Source of the DNA: Lachnospiraceae bacterium
GTDB lineage: Bacteria; Bacillota; Clostridia; Lachnospirales; Lachnospiraceae
DNA: 64,000 nucleotides
Direction: 5' to 3'
NCBI GenBank assembly: GCA_017399885.1
Contig: JAFQAU010000264.1
Coordinates: 6,411-70,410 of the forward strand
Part shown: positions 9,677 to 19,467 of the stretch, piece by piece
How the letters are laid out: each line of letters starts with the position of its first letter
How positions within the stretch are numbered: position 1 is the stretch's first letter
Position numbers and translations under genes: made by a program
The notes under the pieces: model-generated
Databases searched by the model: none
The model's input: only the letters and a program-made list of their open reading frames with translations
What the model was told of the DNA's origin: nothing

Positions 9677-10451
9677 TTTCTTCCCCTACCTTTACTGCAT
9701 CTAATGATAAGGATAAAATATCTTTTACTTCTTCTTCTGAAATCTTTGTATATTCTGCAAGCTCCTTAATTGTAGCCACTCTTCCCATATCCTCCGCTAA
9801 CACCTTGGCAGCTTCGCTAATTAACCCTGTTTTTGCTACCATAGTAGTCTCCCAGTCAGTTTCATCATTTTCTTCATCTATGACGGTAACGATTGCCATC
9901 TTAATATGATCTCTAAGGAAGCTATCTCCATCCTCAATGTTTGCTATTGTGGTAACCTGTTCTAAACCTTCCCATAAGCCTAAGTTACCTTCCTGTATTA
10001 AATCCTCCACAGATATACCTTTTCCCTTATATGCATTGGCAATCTCTACAACAATAGGCAAATATCCTTCTAATAAACGTTCCTTTGCTTTTTCTTCTCC
10101 ATTGCGAAGCTGTATAAAAAGGGTGGTCTGCTCTTTTTCTGATATTTGACTGATATTGTCCAGCTCTTCCATATAAAATGATAATACCTGTGATTCCTCC
10201 CCTTTTTCCTCTGTGTCTACTTCTTTACTGGTTTCTTTTTCTATTTCTTTTGGAAATTCCTTATGTATGAATCCTGCGACTTTTATGCCATTCTCACCTA
10301 AATACTGATATATATGCTGATAATGACCTTCTTCTAACTCCATATCACGAAAGTATTCTTCAATCTCTTCTTTTGTTATATAATTTTCCTGCACCTTTGC
10401 AACCTGCGTAATTGCTTCTAGCATTTCCATAAATTTGCCTTTATCTAACAT
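9666..10451 (-). CDS. Sigma-70-like protein with regions 2 and 3 but no region 4
   Basis: VEDLIQEGNLGLWEGLEQ resembles region 2.2. RVATIKELAEYTKISEEEVKDILSLS resembles region 3. The protein ends without a region-4 HTH and is very acidic. Confidence 0.5.
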   Translation of the reverse strand: MLDKGKFMEMLEAITQVAKVQENYITKEEIEEYFRDMELEEGHYQHIYQYLGENGIKVAGFIHKEFPKEIEKETSKEVDTEEKGEESQVLSFYMEELDNISQISEKEQTTLFIQLRNGEEKAKERLLEGYLPIVVEIANAYKGKGISVEDLIQEGNLGLWEGLEQVTTIANIEDGDSFLRDHIKMAIVTVIDEENDETDWETTMVAKTGLISEAAKVLAEDMGRVATIKELAEYTKISEEEVKDILSLSLDAVKVGEENGK

Positions 10452-10638
10452 CTTTTACCTACTTTACCTTTCCTTTATTTTTATCTATTCAACAAATAGA
10501 ACGTAATCTTATGCCGGTCTACTTTAATATTTACTGTTCTTATTGTGCCCTTTCTTACAGTCATCCTGAAAATGGTCAGACCAACATAAACTGTTACGTT
10601 CTTTTCATTATACAAATCTATAAAGTATTACGCAAGTG

Positions 10639-11109
10639 TTAAGCTAATAACTCTATAAGCTTCTCTAACACAAATCTAACACTGGCATCACGTACCTGAT
10701 TTCTCCCAAGATTTCCAAACTGTTTTATAAAAGTAGTAACTTTTCCACAAATTGAAAATCCAAAGCAAACCATTCCCACCGGTTTTTCTGGTGTTCCTCC
10801 TCCCGGACCAGCAACTCCGGTAACACTTACACCCACCTGTGCTTGATTTACTTTGGCTATTCCTTCTGCCATTTCTCTGGCTGTTTCTTCACTTACTGCC
10901 CCATATTTATCCAAGGTATCCTTTTTTACCTGCAGATACTTCATTTTTGCTTCATTGGAATAGGTTATCACACCAGCACCTAAAACCTTTGAAGCATCTG
11001 GTACATCTACCAATGCTGCAGTTACTTTTCCTCCTGTACAGGATTCTGCACAGGATATAAAATAATTTTTTTCTATTAATTTTTTTATCACTTCTTCTGC
11101 CTTTTTCAT
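10639..11109 (-). CDS. pncC: CinA C-terminal domain protein / nicotinamide-nucleotide amidohydrolase
   Basis: SCAESCTGG and VSVTGVAGPGGG motifs. 156 aa. Confidence 0.85.
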   Translation of the reverse strand: MKKAEEVIKKLIEKNYFISCAESCTGGKVTAALVDVPDASKVLGAGVITYSNEAKMKYLQVKKDTLDKYGAVSEETAREMAEGIAKVNQAQVGVSVTGVAGPGGGTPEKPVGMVCFGFSICGKVTTFIKQFGNLGRNQVRDASVRFVLEKLIELLA

Positions 11110-11276
11110 AAACTTTAAATTACTCCGTTTCTATTATTTTCCTTGTAACAGTTCAGCTCTGCTCATTCATAAAGTGCCAAAATATACTCTTGCATAGCTA
11201 AACTGTTACAACTTAAGGATATAAGCCCTGCTTTTTTCACAGTATACCCTTATCAATTGCGAATATTCCATAAAGC

Positions 11277-12371
11277 CTAATAAAGTTTTCCGCTTCCTTC
11301 TTTCATCTCTAAAGCCGGTATACGCTTTGTCATAACCGGATGGTCTGCAAGTAAGTTGTACCACCATACAAAGAAACCTTTTACTCCTTTAGCATATTCC
11401 AAATAATCCTCCTTGTCTACCATCTTATACAAATGCTTTCCTGCAATAAGTGAAAACATTGCATCAACTCCGTCTACCCCTGTAACCTTTTGCGCTAAAC
11501 GATCACAGCTATATTCCCTTGCACGGGAAGCGGTAGAAGCTAAAATCGGAACCAGCCTTGCATATAATATTTTCACAGTATATCCAAAGGTTGCATGCTT
11601 ATATTTAATGTGCGCCATTTCATGGGCCAAAATAAAGGAAATTGCATCTAAATCTTCATGTTCCCGATATGCTACCTCAAAAATATCCGCATAAATTTCT
11701 ATGTACTGTTTTCGTACTATAAAGCTGGAAAATGCATTTAAAATTCCGTTTTGCTGGATAATGTACACTTCCGGCACTTTTTTCATATCCAGTCTTTTTG
11801 CATATAACTGTACCCGTTCATATATTTCCGGAAAGTTCTTTTCTGTAATACGGATGGACATGGTACGGTATTTCTGATAATACACATTCAATGCTAAGGG
11901 CAAAATAAAAATCATTGCAATTGCCATAATTGCATACATGTAAAGTGTTTCTTCATCTTCATCCATGATTTCATTTTCTGTTGTTTCATCTGTTTCTATA
12001 GCATTCGTCTTTTTCTCTGTCTCATTTTGCTTTTCTGTCTTTTTAGCATCGGTCTTGGTTATGTTTTCCTCTTTCTTATCAGTTGCATTTTTCTCCTTCT
12101 GTTCTTGTGCTTCCATTTCCTGTTCCACTTCTACTGTTATTTCTTTCATTTCCTGACCGATTTTGTTCACAAATTTAGATGTGTATACAGTGATGACTGC
12201 TATACAGACAATTAGAATCAATACATTAAGTACGCATAATCCACGATACCATCTTTTCTCTGACTTGTGCCTGCAACCTTCGATTTCTTTCTTTGACAGC
12301 ACATAATTATTCTCTGGTGCTCCCTGCTGTTCATACCAATCTTGTGTAGTCATTTTTTCTTCTTCCTTCAT
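11277..12371 (-). CDS. M48-family zinc metalloprotease, membrane-anchored, with a Lys/Glu/Thr-rich insert
   Basis: HEMAHIKYKH (HExxH). TM segments. A low-complexity EQKEKNATDKKEENITKTDAKKTEKQNETEKKTN stretch. Confidence 0.75.
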   Translation of the reverse strand: MKEEEKMTTQDWYEQQGAPENNYVLSKKEIEGCRHKSEKRWYRGLCVLNVLILIVCIAVITVYTSKFVNKIGQEMKEITVEVEQEMEAQEQKEKNATDKKEENITKTDAKKTEKQNETEKKTNAIETDETTENEIMDEDEETLYMYAIMAIAMIFILPLALNVYYQKYRTMSIRITEKNFPEIYERVQLYAKRLDMKKVPEVYIIQQNGILNAFSSFIVRKQYIEIYADIFEVAYREHEDLDAISFILAHEMAHIKYKHATFGYTVKILYARLVPILASTASRAREYSCDRLAQKVTGVDGVDAMFSLIAGKHLYKMVDKEDYLEYAKGVKGFFVWWYNLLADHPVMTKRIPALEMKEGSGKLY

Positions 12372-12619
12372 ACAAAATTCTCCTTTTTTATTTTTTTTGT
12401 TTCTTTTGCGTTCTTCTATAATATAACAGATAATTTTGTATTTTTTTTAATTTGTGACCAATTGTATTATTATAGGGATAAATTGTCATAAAAAGCAAAA
12501 CTATCACTCAAATATCACATTTTGTCAATGTGTTTGCTAGATTAGTCTCGATAAACGTAACTGTTCAGAATCAAATATTATTTAGTTGGGCATTGAACAT
12601 TTTCCAAGGGCTTGTTTTA

Positions 12620-14107
12620 CTACTTCTCAATCGGCAGCAATAAATCCAGAACAAAAATATAATGTTCTTTGTTTTCCTTGCAGGAAATCTGCATTTCGCC
12701 CTTGTATTTCTTTACTGCTGCCTCTATATTTTTAAGTCCAAACCCATGTCTTGTCTTATCTTGTTTTTGGGTTGGAATTCCGTTCGAATCCACCTGTTTT
12801 TCTTGCTCACAGGCATTTTCTGTGTGAATAACAAAAAATTTACCATTGTTTTTAAATTGTATACGAAGCACTTTTTCAGATACAGAACATTCTCTTAATG
12901 CTTCCAGTCCGTTATCCACTGCATTGGATACCATCTTACACCAATCCATAGCATCTATATAAGGCATATACGGTATCATTCCCGTTACTGCAAATGTAAT
13001 GTCTTCTTTTTTCGCACTTTTTAACTTTACATTCAAAATTGCATCTACAATATCGTTCCCTGTCTGAATTTCCATTGAAACTTCGGAAACTGCCTCATTA
13101 AAGCTTCCTAAATATTCTTGCAATTCTATATATTTTTCTTCCTTTGCAAGCATCTGTATACAGGCCAAATGATTCTTCATGTCATGACGAAGCTTTCTTG
13201 TCTCAATCTGGGCGTCCTTGTAGGATTCGTAAAATGCCAAGGTTTCTCTTGCATTTTTCTCATGAACTGCGCTGAGTTCTTCATAATAGTCCGCAGAGGT
13301 TCCTATATAAATAATTCGAATGACCATTATAAGCGCAAAAATAGCAAATGCCAGGTAAAGAAATGTGGAACCTGCTCCAAGCCTAAATCCATCTTCCGCC
13401 TCACTTGAGGATAATGTCGCTCCAAAAAAACTAATGGTGTTGGAAATCAAAACAACAAGAAGCTTTTCATTTTTATGTACTCGTTTTGAAAACTTATATT
13501 TTTTATCTAAATAATAAATATATATATACAGCGGAAGTAATAAGGCATCCAAAATCAAACCCGTTATTGTACCGGCTATTATACTGATCCAATCACCATT
13601 TCCTCCAAAACCATGTATAATAATATCTAATATAGAAATCGGCAAATATGTAGTAAATATCACTGGCCAAATCCAAAAACTATTTCTAAATTTCTTCTCT
13701 TTGGTCGCACAAAAGAAAAACGCCTGACCAAAGAATAAGCATAAAAGCATTTGCACACCTTCCGTTTTCTCTGTCCATGTAACACTTGTAAGTAATTCAC
13801 ACAATCCTATTATCCATAAACTAGGTTTGATATGTGAAAGTTTATATAACAAGGTGGGCTTTTTCATTGTTTCTCTTAATGTGCCTTTTCGAAAAACAGA
13901 AACCTCTATTCCATATACATGTACATATACAATCCATAGCATAATCATAGTAATTATAGCATCTATTATTTCATATATATTTGTTATGCTCATGTTCTTT
14001 TCCAAACCTTTCATAAAATACCGTGCAACCAACCATTTTGGAGAAGTTCCCCTGCAAAACATAGCTTTGCACATATCTGTTCCAAATCTGCCATGAAGCA
14101 ATTTCAT
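12620..14107 (-). CDS. AgrC/LytS-like polytopic GHKL sensor kinase (start uncertain, possibly Met at 13993)
   Basis: Multi-TM N-terminal half. H-box RKLRHDMKNHL; HGFGLKNIEAAVKKYKG. Adjacent to a LytTR regulator. Confidence 0.8.
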   Translation of the reverse strand: MKLLHGRFGTDMCKAMFCRGTSPKWLVARYFMKGLEKNMSITNIYEIIDAIITMIMLWIVYVHVYGIEVSVFRKGTLRETMKKPTLLYKLSHIKPSLWIIGLCELLTSVTWTEKTEGVQMLLCLFFGQAFFFCATKEKKFRNSFWIWPVIFTTYLPISILDIIIHGFGGNGDWISIIAGTITGLILDALLLPLYIYIYYLDKKYKFSKRVHKNEKLLVVLISNTISFFGATLSSSEAEDGFRLGAGSTFLYLAFAIFALIMVIRIIYIGTSADYYEELSAVHEKNARETLAFYESYKDAQIETRKLRHDMKNHLACIQMLAKEEKYIELQEYLGSFNEAVSEVSMEIQTGNDIVDAILNVKLKSAKKEDITFAVTGMIPYMPYIDAMDWCKMVSNAVDNGLEALRECSVSEKVLRIQFKNNGKFFVIHTENACEQEKQVDSNGIPTQKQDKTRHGFGLKNIEAAVKKYKGEMQISCKENKEHYIFVLDLLLPIEK

Positions 14108-14237
14108 GAGGCCGGGGTCAAAATCCTGTAGTTTATTGGCAATTTAGGTTATGGGCTTTTGCCCCTGGCATCATGTCATTTACTTAAGCCTTGAAAGTTT
14201 TCGAATGGCTTGAAGTGTAAATCGTTGCCTTTACAAA

Positions 14238-14975
14238 TTATAACTCATTGATTGTCTCAACAAGTGCTTTTTTTAAGGCTCCTGTCTTTCCACGACTAAT
14301 TGGGAGTGTAATCCCTGTTTTTAACACAATTTCTTTACCAGTATAGGATTCCAGATACATCAACTGTGCCAAATAACTTCTATGGCAACGGAAAAATCCA
14401 CTCCCTTTCAGTTGTTCTTCCGCTTCCGTAATGGTTCCCCGCACTTTGTAAGTTTTCACACAATCAGTATGTTTATGCTCTAACACATAATAATACACAT
14501 CATTTTTCATAGATTCCACATACAAAATGGAAGAAACCGGTACCTTAATATCCTGTTCGGAAGTATGTAATAATAAGGTCTTCTCCTGCAAGAAACGTCT
14601 CTCAACTTCATTAAGTGCTTCTACAAGCTTGTCCTTTTCCAAAGGTTTTCCTAAAAAACGAAAGGCATTTACTTCGTATCCCTGCATTGCCATCTCTGTA
14701 TGGCTGGTAAGAAAAATAAGTATTTCTGTGCCACCATAATCCCGTAGCCTTTTTGCCGTCTCGAAACCATCCAACTGCTTCATTTCTATATCCAAGAATA
14801 AGAGATCATAATGTGGTAATTGTCCCACCTGTTTTCCCTGTTCGTACTTTTCTATCAGTTTCTCCCCAGAAGAAAAGCTGTCTACTATTACATCCAGACT
14901 GTGGTAATAGGCCTCAATCTCCTTTACAATCTGTGCACGAAATAAAGTTTCATCTTCGCAAATTGCAATTCTCAT
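14238..14975 (-). CDS. LytR/AlgR (LytTR) family response regulator
   Basis: Receiver domain (MRIAICEDE, FLDIEM) plus LytTR C-terminus (FFRCHRSYLAQL). Confidence 0.9.
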   Translation of the reverse strand: MRIAICEDETLFRAQIVKEIEAYYHSLDVIVDSFSSGEKLIEKYEQGKQVGQLPHYDLLFLDIEMKQLDGFETAKRLRDYGGTEILIFLTSHTEMAMQGYEVNAFRFLGKPLEKDKLVEALNEVERRFLQEKTLLLHTSEQDIKVPVSSILYVESMKNDVYYYVLEHKHTDCVKTYKVRGTITEAEEQLKGSGFFRCHRSYLAQLMYLESYTGKEIVLKTGITLPISRGKTGALKKALVETINEL

Positions 14976-15069
14976 ACATTTGTTCCTTTCTCAGTCAAAC
15001 TATAACCTCATTGTAACACAATAGAAGAAATTATCACAAGCAAGAAACTAATTATTCAATAGCTTTTCT

Positions 15070-15113
15070 ATAACAGTTCAGCCCTATGCATCCTCCATGC
15101 ATAGGGCTGAACT
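15070..15113. repeat. GTAACAGTT-family hairpin
   Basis: ATAACAGTTCAGCCCTATGCAT...ATGCATAGGGCTGAACT, a perfect 16-bp stem with no T-tract. Confidence 0.8.
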
Positions 15114-15196
15114 CCCTCATAATTCATTCTTTTAGCGCATAGCTTGACAGCAAGTGTCAAGCTTATATATAAACGGTTACTTTCTTTATCTCTATA

Positions 15197-16351
15197 TTAT
15201 ATCTTTTGTTGCTTTCCCTTAGCAATAACCAAAGAAACCGCGAAAATAGCAATAATGAAAAGTACTAATATACCATAATATCCCCATATTTCAGTTGAAA
15301 TTTTCGCACCATCCTCCATTGTCTGAATACTTTCAATACATTTTACATACCAATAAGTTGGTAAAAGACGACATACCTTTATTAAATTCTCACCAAACCA
15401 GGTAACCGGAACAAACACACCACCAAGGAAACATAATACAATCCCCAAAGTATTTGCTATAATATTTAGCCACGTACTGTTTTTTGCATACTGCACCGCC
15501 AGAACTGTAATTGCCAATGCAATAAAGGAAAATAACGCCAGATTTATCATCACAATTAATCCTTTTATAGTAAACATAAATTCCGGATATAAAATCATCG
15601 AACCTACTGAAAAAACTATAATAGCCAATACAACAAATACGACACATCCTAGAATTTTCTGTAAATTTATGGTTAGTAATTTTGTAGCAGAACAGTTATT
15701 CCGCATATTTATGTTTTTCTCGCTAAATACATTTAGAATTGGTCCTATTCCCAACATAATTAAACAGATTATAATATATGGTGCAAAGCTAAAATAATAT
15801 ACCCACTCTTGTGTTTCTACAGTCTGGCTTCCATCCTCTAGTAGCACTTTACCTTCTTTTTTTAACTGTTCTCTTGCCTTTTCATCTGCAATAGAGACTT
15901 CATAACCACAATTTAGGTAAATCTGTACTGCTGATATGTATTCTGAGATTTTGCTGATAGCCAATTCTCCATACTGTAAATCATTTATCTTGGATACCTC
16001 TATTAATGCCTGTTTTTCTCCAGCCACGATACGTTCTGTAAAATCCTTTGGAATCGTAATTACACAGTCTATATTTCGATAAAACATAGCATCCATAAGC
16101 ACATCTTTATCGTTCTCTATTTCTACTTTCTCATTATTTTGTGATAAATAGTCTATTAAATATTTTCCAAATTCACCTTGGTCCTCATTAAATGCCGCAA
16201 AGCTAATTTCTGCTTCCTGAAATCCTTTATAAGAAGCCTCTTCCCCATTGCCTGCCATGGAAATAAGCAGTATCATAAATACAACCAAATATACAATTAA
16301 GCTTATTTTATTTCGATTCAGTATTTTTAGGAAACTCTTAAATACTTGCAT
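15197..16351 (-). CDS. ABC-2 type exporter permease
   Basis: N-terminal TM, large extracytoplasmic domain, then a 5-TM bundle. Overlaps the upstream permease gene. Confidence 0.75.
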   Translation of the reverse strand: MQVFKSFLKILNRNKISLIVYLVVFMILLISMAGNGEEASYKGFQEAEISFAAFNEDQGEFGKYLIDYLSQNNEKVEIENDKDVLMDAMFYRNIDCVITIPKDFTERIVAGEKQALIEVSKINDLQYGELAISKISEYISAVQIYLNCGYEVSIADEKAREQLKKEGKVLLEDGSQTVETQEWVYYFSFAPYIIICLIMLGIGPILNVFSEKNINMRNNCSATKLLTINLQKILGCVVFVVLAIIVFSVGSMILYPEFMFTIKGLIVMINLALFSFIALAITVLAVQYAKNSTWLNIIANTLGIVLCFLGGVFVPVTWFGENLIKVCRLLPTYWYVKCIESIQTMEDGAKISTEIWGYYGILVLFIIAIFAVSLVIAKGKQQKI

Positions 16352-17468
16352 ATTTTTCCCTCCTTACTAACATATAACTTATTATCCAAAATACAGCTGC
16401 CATCACTAACATGGTTACAATGTTTTGGGTAAATCTCTTATAATCTGAATATACATTTAAACTATATAGTGCATCAGAAATCAATGCTGCAGGATTTAAA
16501 TCATTCAAAATTGGCATTTTTTGCTCTACCACATTTTTCATATTTCCTACCATCAAACCACTTAAAAAGCTCTCCAGCATGGAAATGGATATTGCCACAC
16601 CTTGGCGAATGTTTTCATTAAATTTACCTGTAATGGCATAAACAAGCATTCCCTGGGAAATTCCAATAAGCCCTCCTACTATAGTGGTTAGGAAAACCAA
16701 ACCCAGCTGTGAACCAAAATCTACTTTTAACACACAGACTAAATATAATAATGCAAGAATTAATACAACTGACTGAACAAAAAATGATGCAATAAAGTCA
16801 CTAAATATTAATTTAAATTTAGTAGTTCCGGAAATGGTTCTTCTTGCTGCCAAAGGGGATACATTAGCCTTCAGATGCTTTACATTTTCTCCACCTACAA
16901 AAACTCCATACATACACGCCATGGCGATCAATGCATAAAAATAGTTCATCATGGCATCCATATTTCCATTTGACATACTCTTTTGCTTAATATAATCTCC
17001 ACTATCAGCCAAATCTTTCACTACATACTGTAGTTTTGTTGGATTCTCTGTTGCTATTTCTTCTATAATACCCTTCTTTTGCTCGTATTGGTCTAATATT
17101 GTTTTTAATATAGTTTCATATACCCCTTCTTCTTTAATTGTTAGAGTAATCTCTTCATCATTTCTATAAATTCCCTTTATTTTTTCTTCCTCTAATAATT
17201 TCTCTGCCTCTGATTTGTCTGTCCGTTTTAATTGAAGCATACCTTCTTCCTTTGATAATTCTTCTAAAACAGTAGAGAAATTTTTATCCCCATTTTCCAT
17301 TTCTACATAGGCAATCGCAATGGACTCAAACTTTTCCTCATTTTCCATATAGCCTCCAAAGCTTACTTTAAATAAGGTGCCTAGCACGATTGGAAATACT
17401 AATATCCAAAATAATAATCCCCAGTCTCGTGCAAAATTTATGATTCTATACTTTATATGTCTTACCAT
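16338..17468 (-). CDS. ABC-2 type exporter permease
   Basis: Same architecture as its neighbour; lies in an operon with the ATPase. Confidence 0.75.
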   Translation of the reverse strand: MVRHIKYRIINFARDWGLLFWILVFPIVLGTLFKVSFGGYMENEEKFESIAIAYVEMENGDKNFSTVLEELSKEEGMLQLKRTDKSEAEKLLEEEKIKGIYRNDEEITLTIKEEGVYETILKTILDQYEQKKGIIEEIATENPTKLQYVVKDLADSGDYIKQKSMSNGNMDAMMNYFYALIAMACMYGVFVGGENVKHLKANVSPLAARRTISGTTKFKLIFSDFIASFFVQSVVLILALLYLVCVLKVDFGSQLGLVFLTTIVGGLIGISQGMLVYAITGKFNENIRQGVAISISMLESFLSGLMVGNMKNVVEQKMPILNDLNPAALISDALYSLNVYSDYKRFTQNIVTMLVMAAVFWIISYMLVRREKYASI

Positions 17469-17478
17469 GTTTAACCTC

Positions 17479-18420
17479 CTAATCTCTTAACTGTTTTCCT
17501 GTAATTTCAAGAAATACGTCATTCAAAGTCGGTAATTCAGAAAATACCCTTCCAAATGAAATTTCATTTTCCCCTAAGTATTCTAATACACGAACCAAAT
17601 TGTGTTTTCCACCATTAAAATAGATCACCAAATTATTATCCTGATATTCCGTCTGGTATACATGTGGAAGCTTTGAAATACAATCCTTATGTTCCTTGGA
17701 TAATTGCAATATTTCAACAGTTAACTTTTCTCCTGTTTTTATCATTTTCTTTAGTTCTTCTTTGGTGCCTAATGCTATACTTTTTCCCTTATCCATAATG
17801 GCAATTCTGGTACAGATTTGCTCCACTTCCTCCATATAATGAGAGGTATATATAATGGTAGCACCTTGCCTGTTTAATTCCTCAATTCCTTCTAATATTT
17901 TATTTCTGCTTTGTGGGTCTACTGCCACGGTAGGCTCATCCATAATAATCAGTTTTGGCTTATGGGCAATTCCACACGCAATATTTAATCTTCTAAGTAA
18001 ACCTCCGGAAAGCTTTGGTGGTAACATCTTTTTATAATCCTCAAGCCCTACAAATTGTATTGCTTCTTCCACGTACTGTTTACGAAGTTTTTTATCGTTT
18101 ATGTACAATCCACAAAAATAATCTATATTTTCATAAACAGTTAGTCCCTCAAAGACAGCTACATTTTGTAAAACTACCCCGATTTCTTTTTTTAAGTGAT
18201 ATTTATTTGGTGCCATTTTTTCTCCAAATAATTTTATTTCTCCTTTGTCAAAGCTTAGCAATGATAACAGGCAGTTTATGGTTGTGGTTTTTCCTGAACC
18301 ATTTGGCCCTAGCAATCCAAAAATTTCCCCTTGGTTAATTTCCAAATTAAAATGGTCTAGTGCCAATAAATCTCCATAACGTTTTACTAAATTTTTTATT
18401 TCTACAATTTTTTCTGACAT
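17479..18420 (-). CDS. ABC transporter ATP-binding protein (DrrA-like)
   Basis: Walker A GPNGSGKTT, signature LSGGLLRRL, Walker B LIIMDEPT. Confidence 0.9.
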   Translation of the reverse strand: MSEKIVEIKNLVKRYGDLLALDHFNLEINQGEIFGLLGPNGSGKTTTINCLLSLLSFDKGEIKLFGEKMAPNKYHLKKEIGVVLQNVAVFEGLTVYENIDYFCGLYINDKKLRKQYVEEAIQFVGLEDYKKMLPPKLSGGLLRRLNIACGIAHKPKLIIMDEPTVAVDPQSRNKILEGIEELNRQGATIIYTSHYMEEVEQICTRIAIMDKGKSIALGTKEELKKMIKTGEKLTVEILQLSKEHKDCISKLPHVYQTEYQDNNLVIYFNGGKHNLVRVLEYLGENEISFGRVFSELPTLNDVFLEITGKQLRD

Positions 18421-18600
18421 ACGCTCCTCTTTTCTGCACTACCAATTCTTTCTAACTGTAACGGTAGTGCCAATTACAGTCTTTGGTTTCCTATCAAGTT
18501 TTCCTTACACTATTACTTTAACATAACTGCTTTGTTCCTTTTAGTGTGCTTCGTCATGAAATGGATATGACATTTGTCATTTTTTTTAACCATAAACAAA

Positions 18601-18663
18601 GCGTATGGCTATTGTAGCATGTATATGCTAGCATAACCATACGCCTTGTTTTGAATCACTTAT
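18601..18663 (-). terminator. Hairpin terminator module, also present at 31764-31803
   Basis: GCGTATGGCTATTGTAGCATG-TATA-TGCTAGCATAACCATACGC. The transcribed strand continues TTTGTTT. Confidence 0.55.
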
Positions 18664-18710
18664 TATATTTTGTTATCCTGTAATAAAATGCTTGGGTCAA
18701 AAGGTACACA

Positions 18711-19022
18711 TCATAATAAATTTCTATATTCTCTCCGTCCATCCACAACAGCATAAATTATTACCATTTTCTCTAATTCATTAACTTTATAAAATATCAA
18801 ATGTTTTTCTACAACAAGAACTCTATATCCTTGTTTTCGAAGTATTGAATATTGGGGTATACTTCCTGAGTATGAAAATTCCTCTAATCGGTTAATACTT
18901 TTTTCGATTTTATCAAGATAATTTAATGCAATATCTACACTACCTGAATCTTCTGCGATATAAAAAATAATTTCCCGTAGCTGTTCATTGGCTTTTTCTG
19001 TCCTTAGTATCTGATACCTCAT
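18711..19022 (-). CDS. RelE/ParE-family type II toxin
   Basis: 103 aa with a 4-bp overlap with the upstream antitoxin. C-terminus IIYAVVDGRREYRNLL is typical of ParE/RelE. Confidence 0.75.
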   Translation of the reverse strand: MRYQILRTEKANEQLREIIFYIAEDSGSVDIALNYLDKIEKSINRLEEFSYSGSIPQYSILRKQGYRVLVVEKHLIFYKVNELEKMVIIYAVVDGRREYRNLL

Positions 19023-19297
19023 ACATGATTCCTTTCAAGAAGTGATTTTCTTATATCATCAAAAGTATTCTGCACTGGTTCAATTCTTCCATTTGCCACA
19101 TCATCTTCTGCCTCTGCTAGGGTACGCAGTAATTCCAATTCTGATTTCATTTGATAATAATCTTGTACCCCCATTATTGCCGTATCTCCACGACCATGAA
19201 CGGTAATAATTACTGGCGTTCTATTTTCATGACATTCCTTTGAAATTTCACTATAATGATTTCGTAAATCTGATGATGGTCTGATAATTGCTCCCAT
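19019..19297 (-). CDS. Phd/YefM-family antitoxin
   Basis: 92 aa. RPSSDLRNHYSEISKECHENRTPVIITVHGRGDTAIMGVQDY matches the Phd/YefM N-terminal fold pattern. Confidence 0.75.
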   Translation of the reverse strand: MGAIIRPSSDLRNHYSEISKECHENRTPVIITVHGRGDTAIMGVQDYYQMKSELELLRTLAEAEDDVANGRIEPVQNTFDDIRKSLLERNHV

Positions 19298-19467
19298 AAA
19301 TTACACCCCCATAGTTTAATATAGTCAAATTATATCATAATATGTATATACTGTCTATATTCATTACACCATTGCAATGTAATGCACTATAAAATCACCC
19401 AGAAATGTACTACTATTGTAACAATTTCTGTCCGTTATTTTATCCGCCATTGTTTATATTTTCTGTC

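Noticed and set aside
11965-12215. Plus-strand ORFs antisense to the M48 protease gene
   Set aside because: They are artefacts of the low-complexity Lys/Glu-rich coding stretch on the opposite strand.
14108-14237. Search for an AgrD-like peptide gene between the LytTR regulator and the kinase
   Set aside because: The only candidate is a 12-codon ORF (MPGAKAHNLNCQ). It has no RBS and sits inside a GGGGCAAAAGCCC hairpin. Evidence is insufficient.
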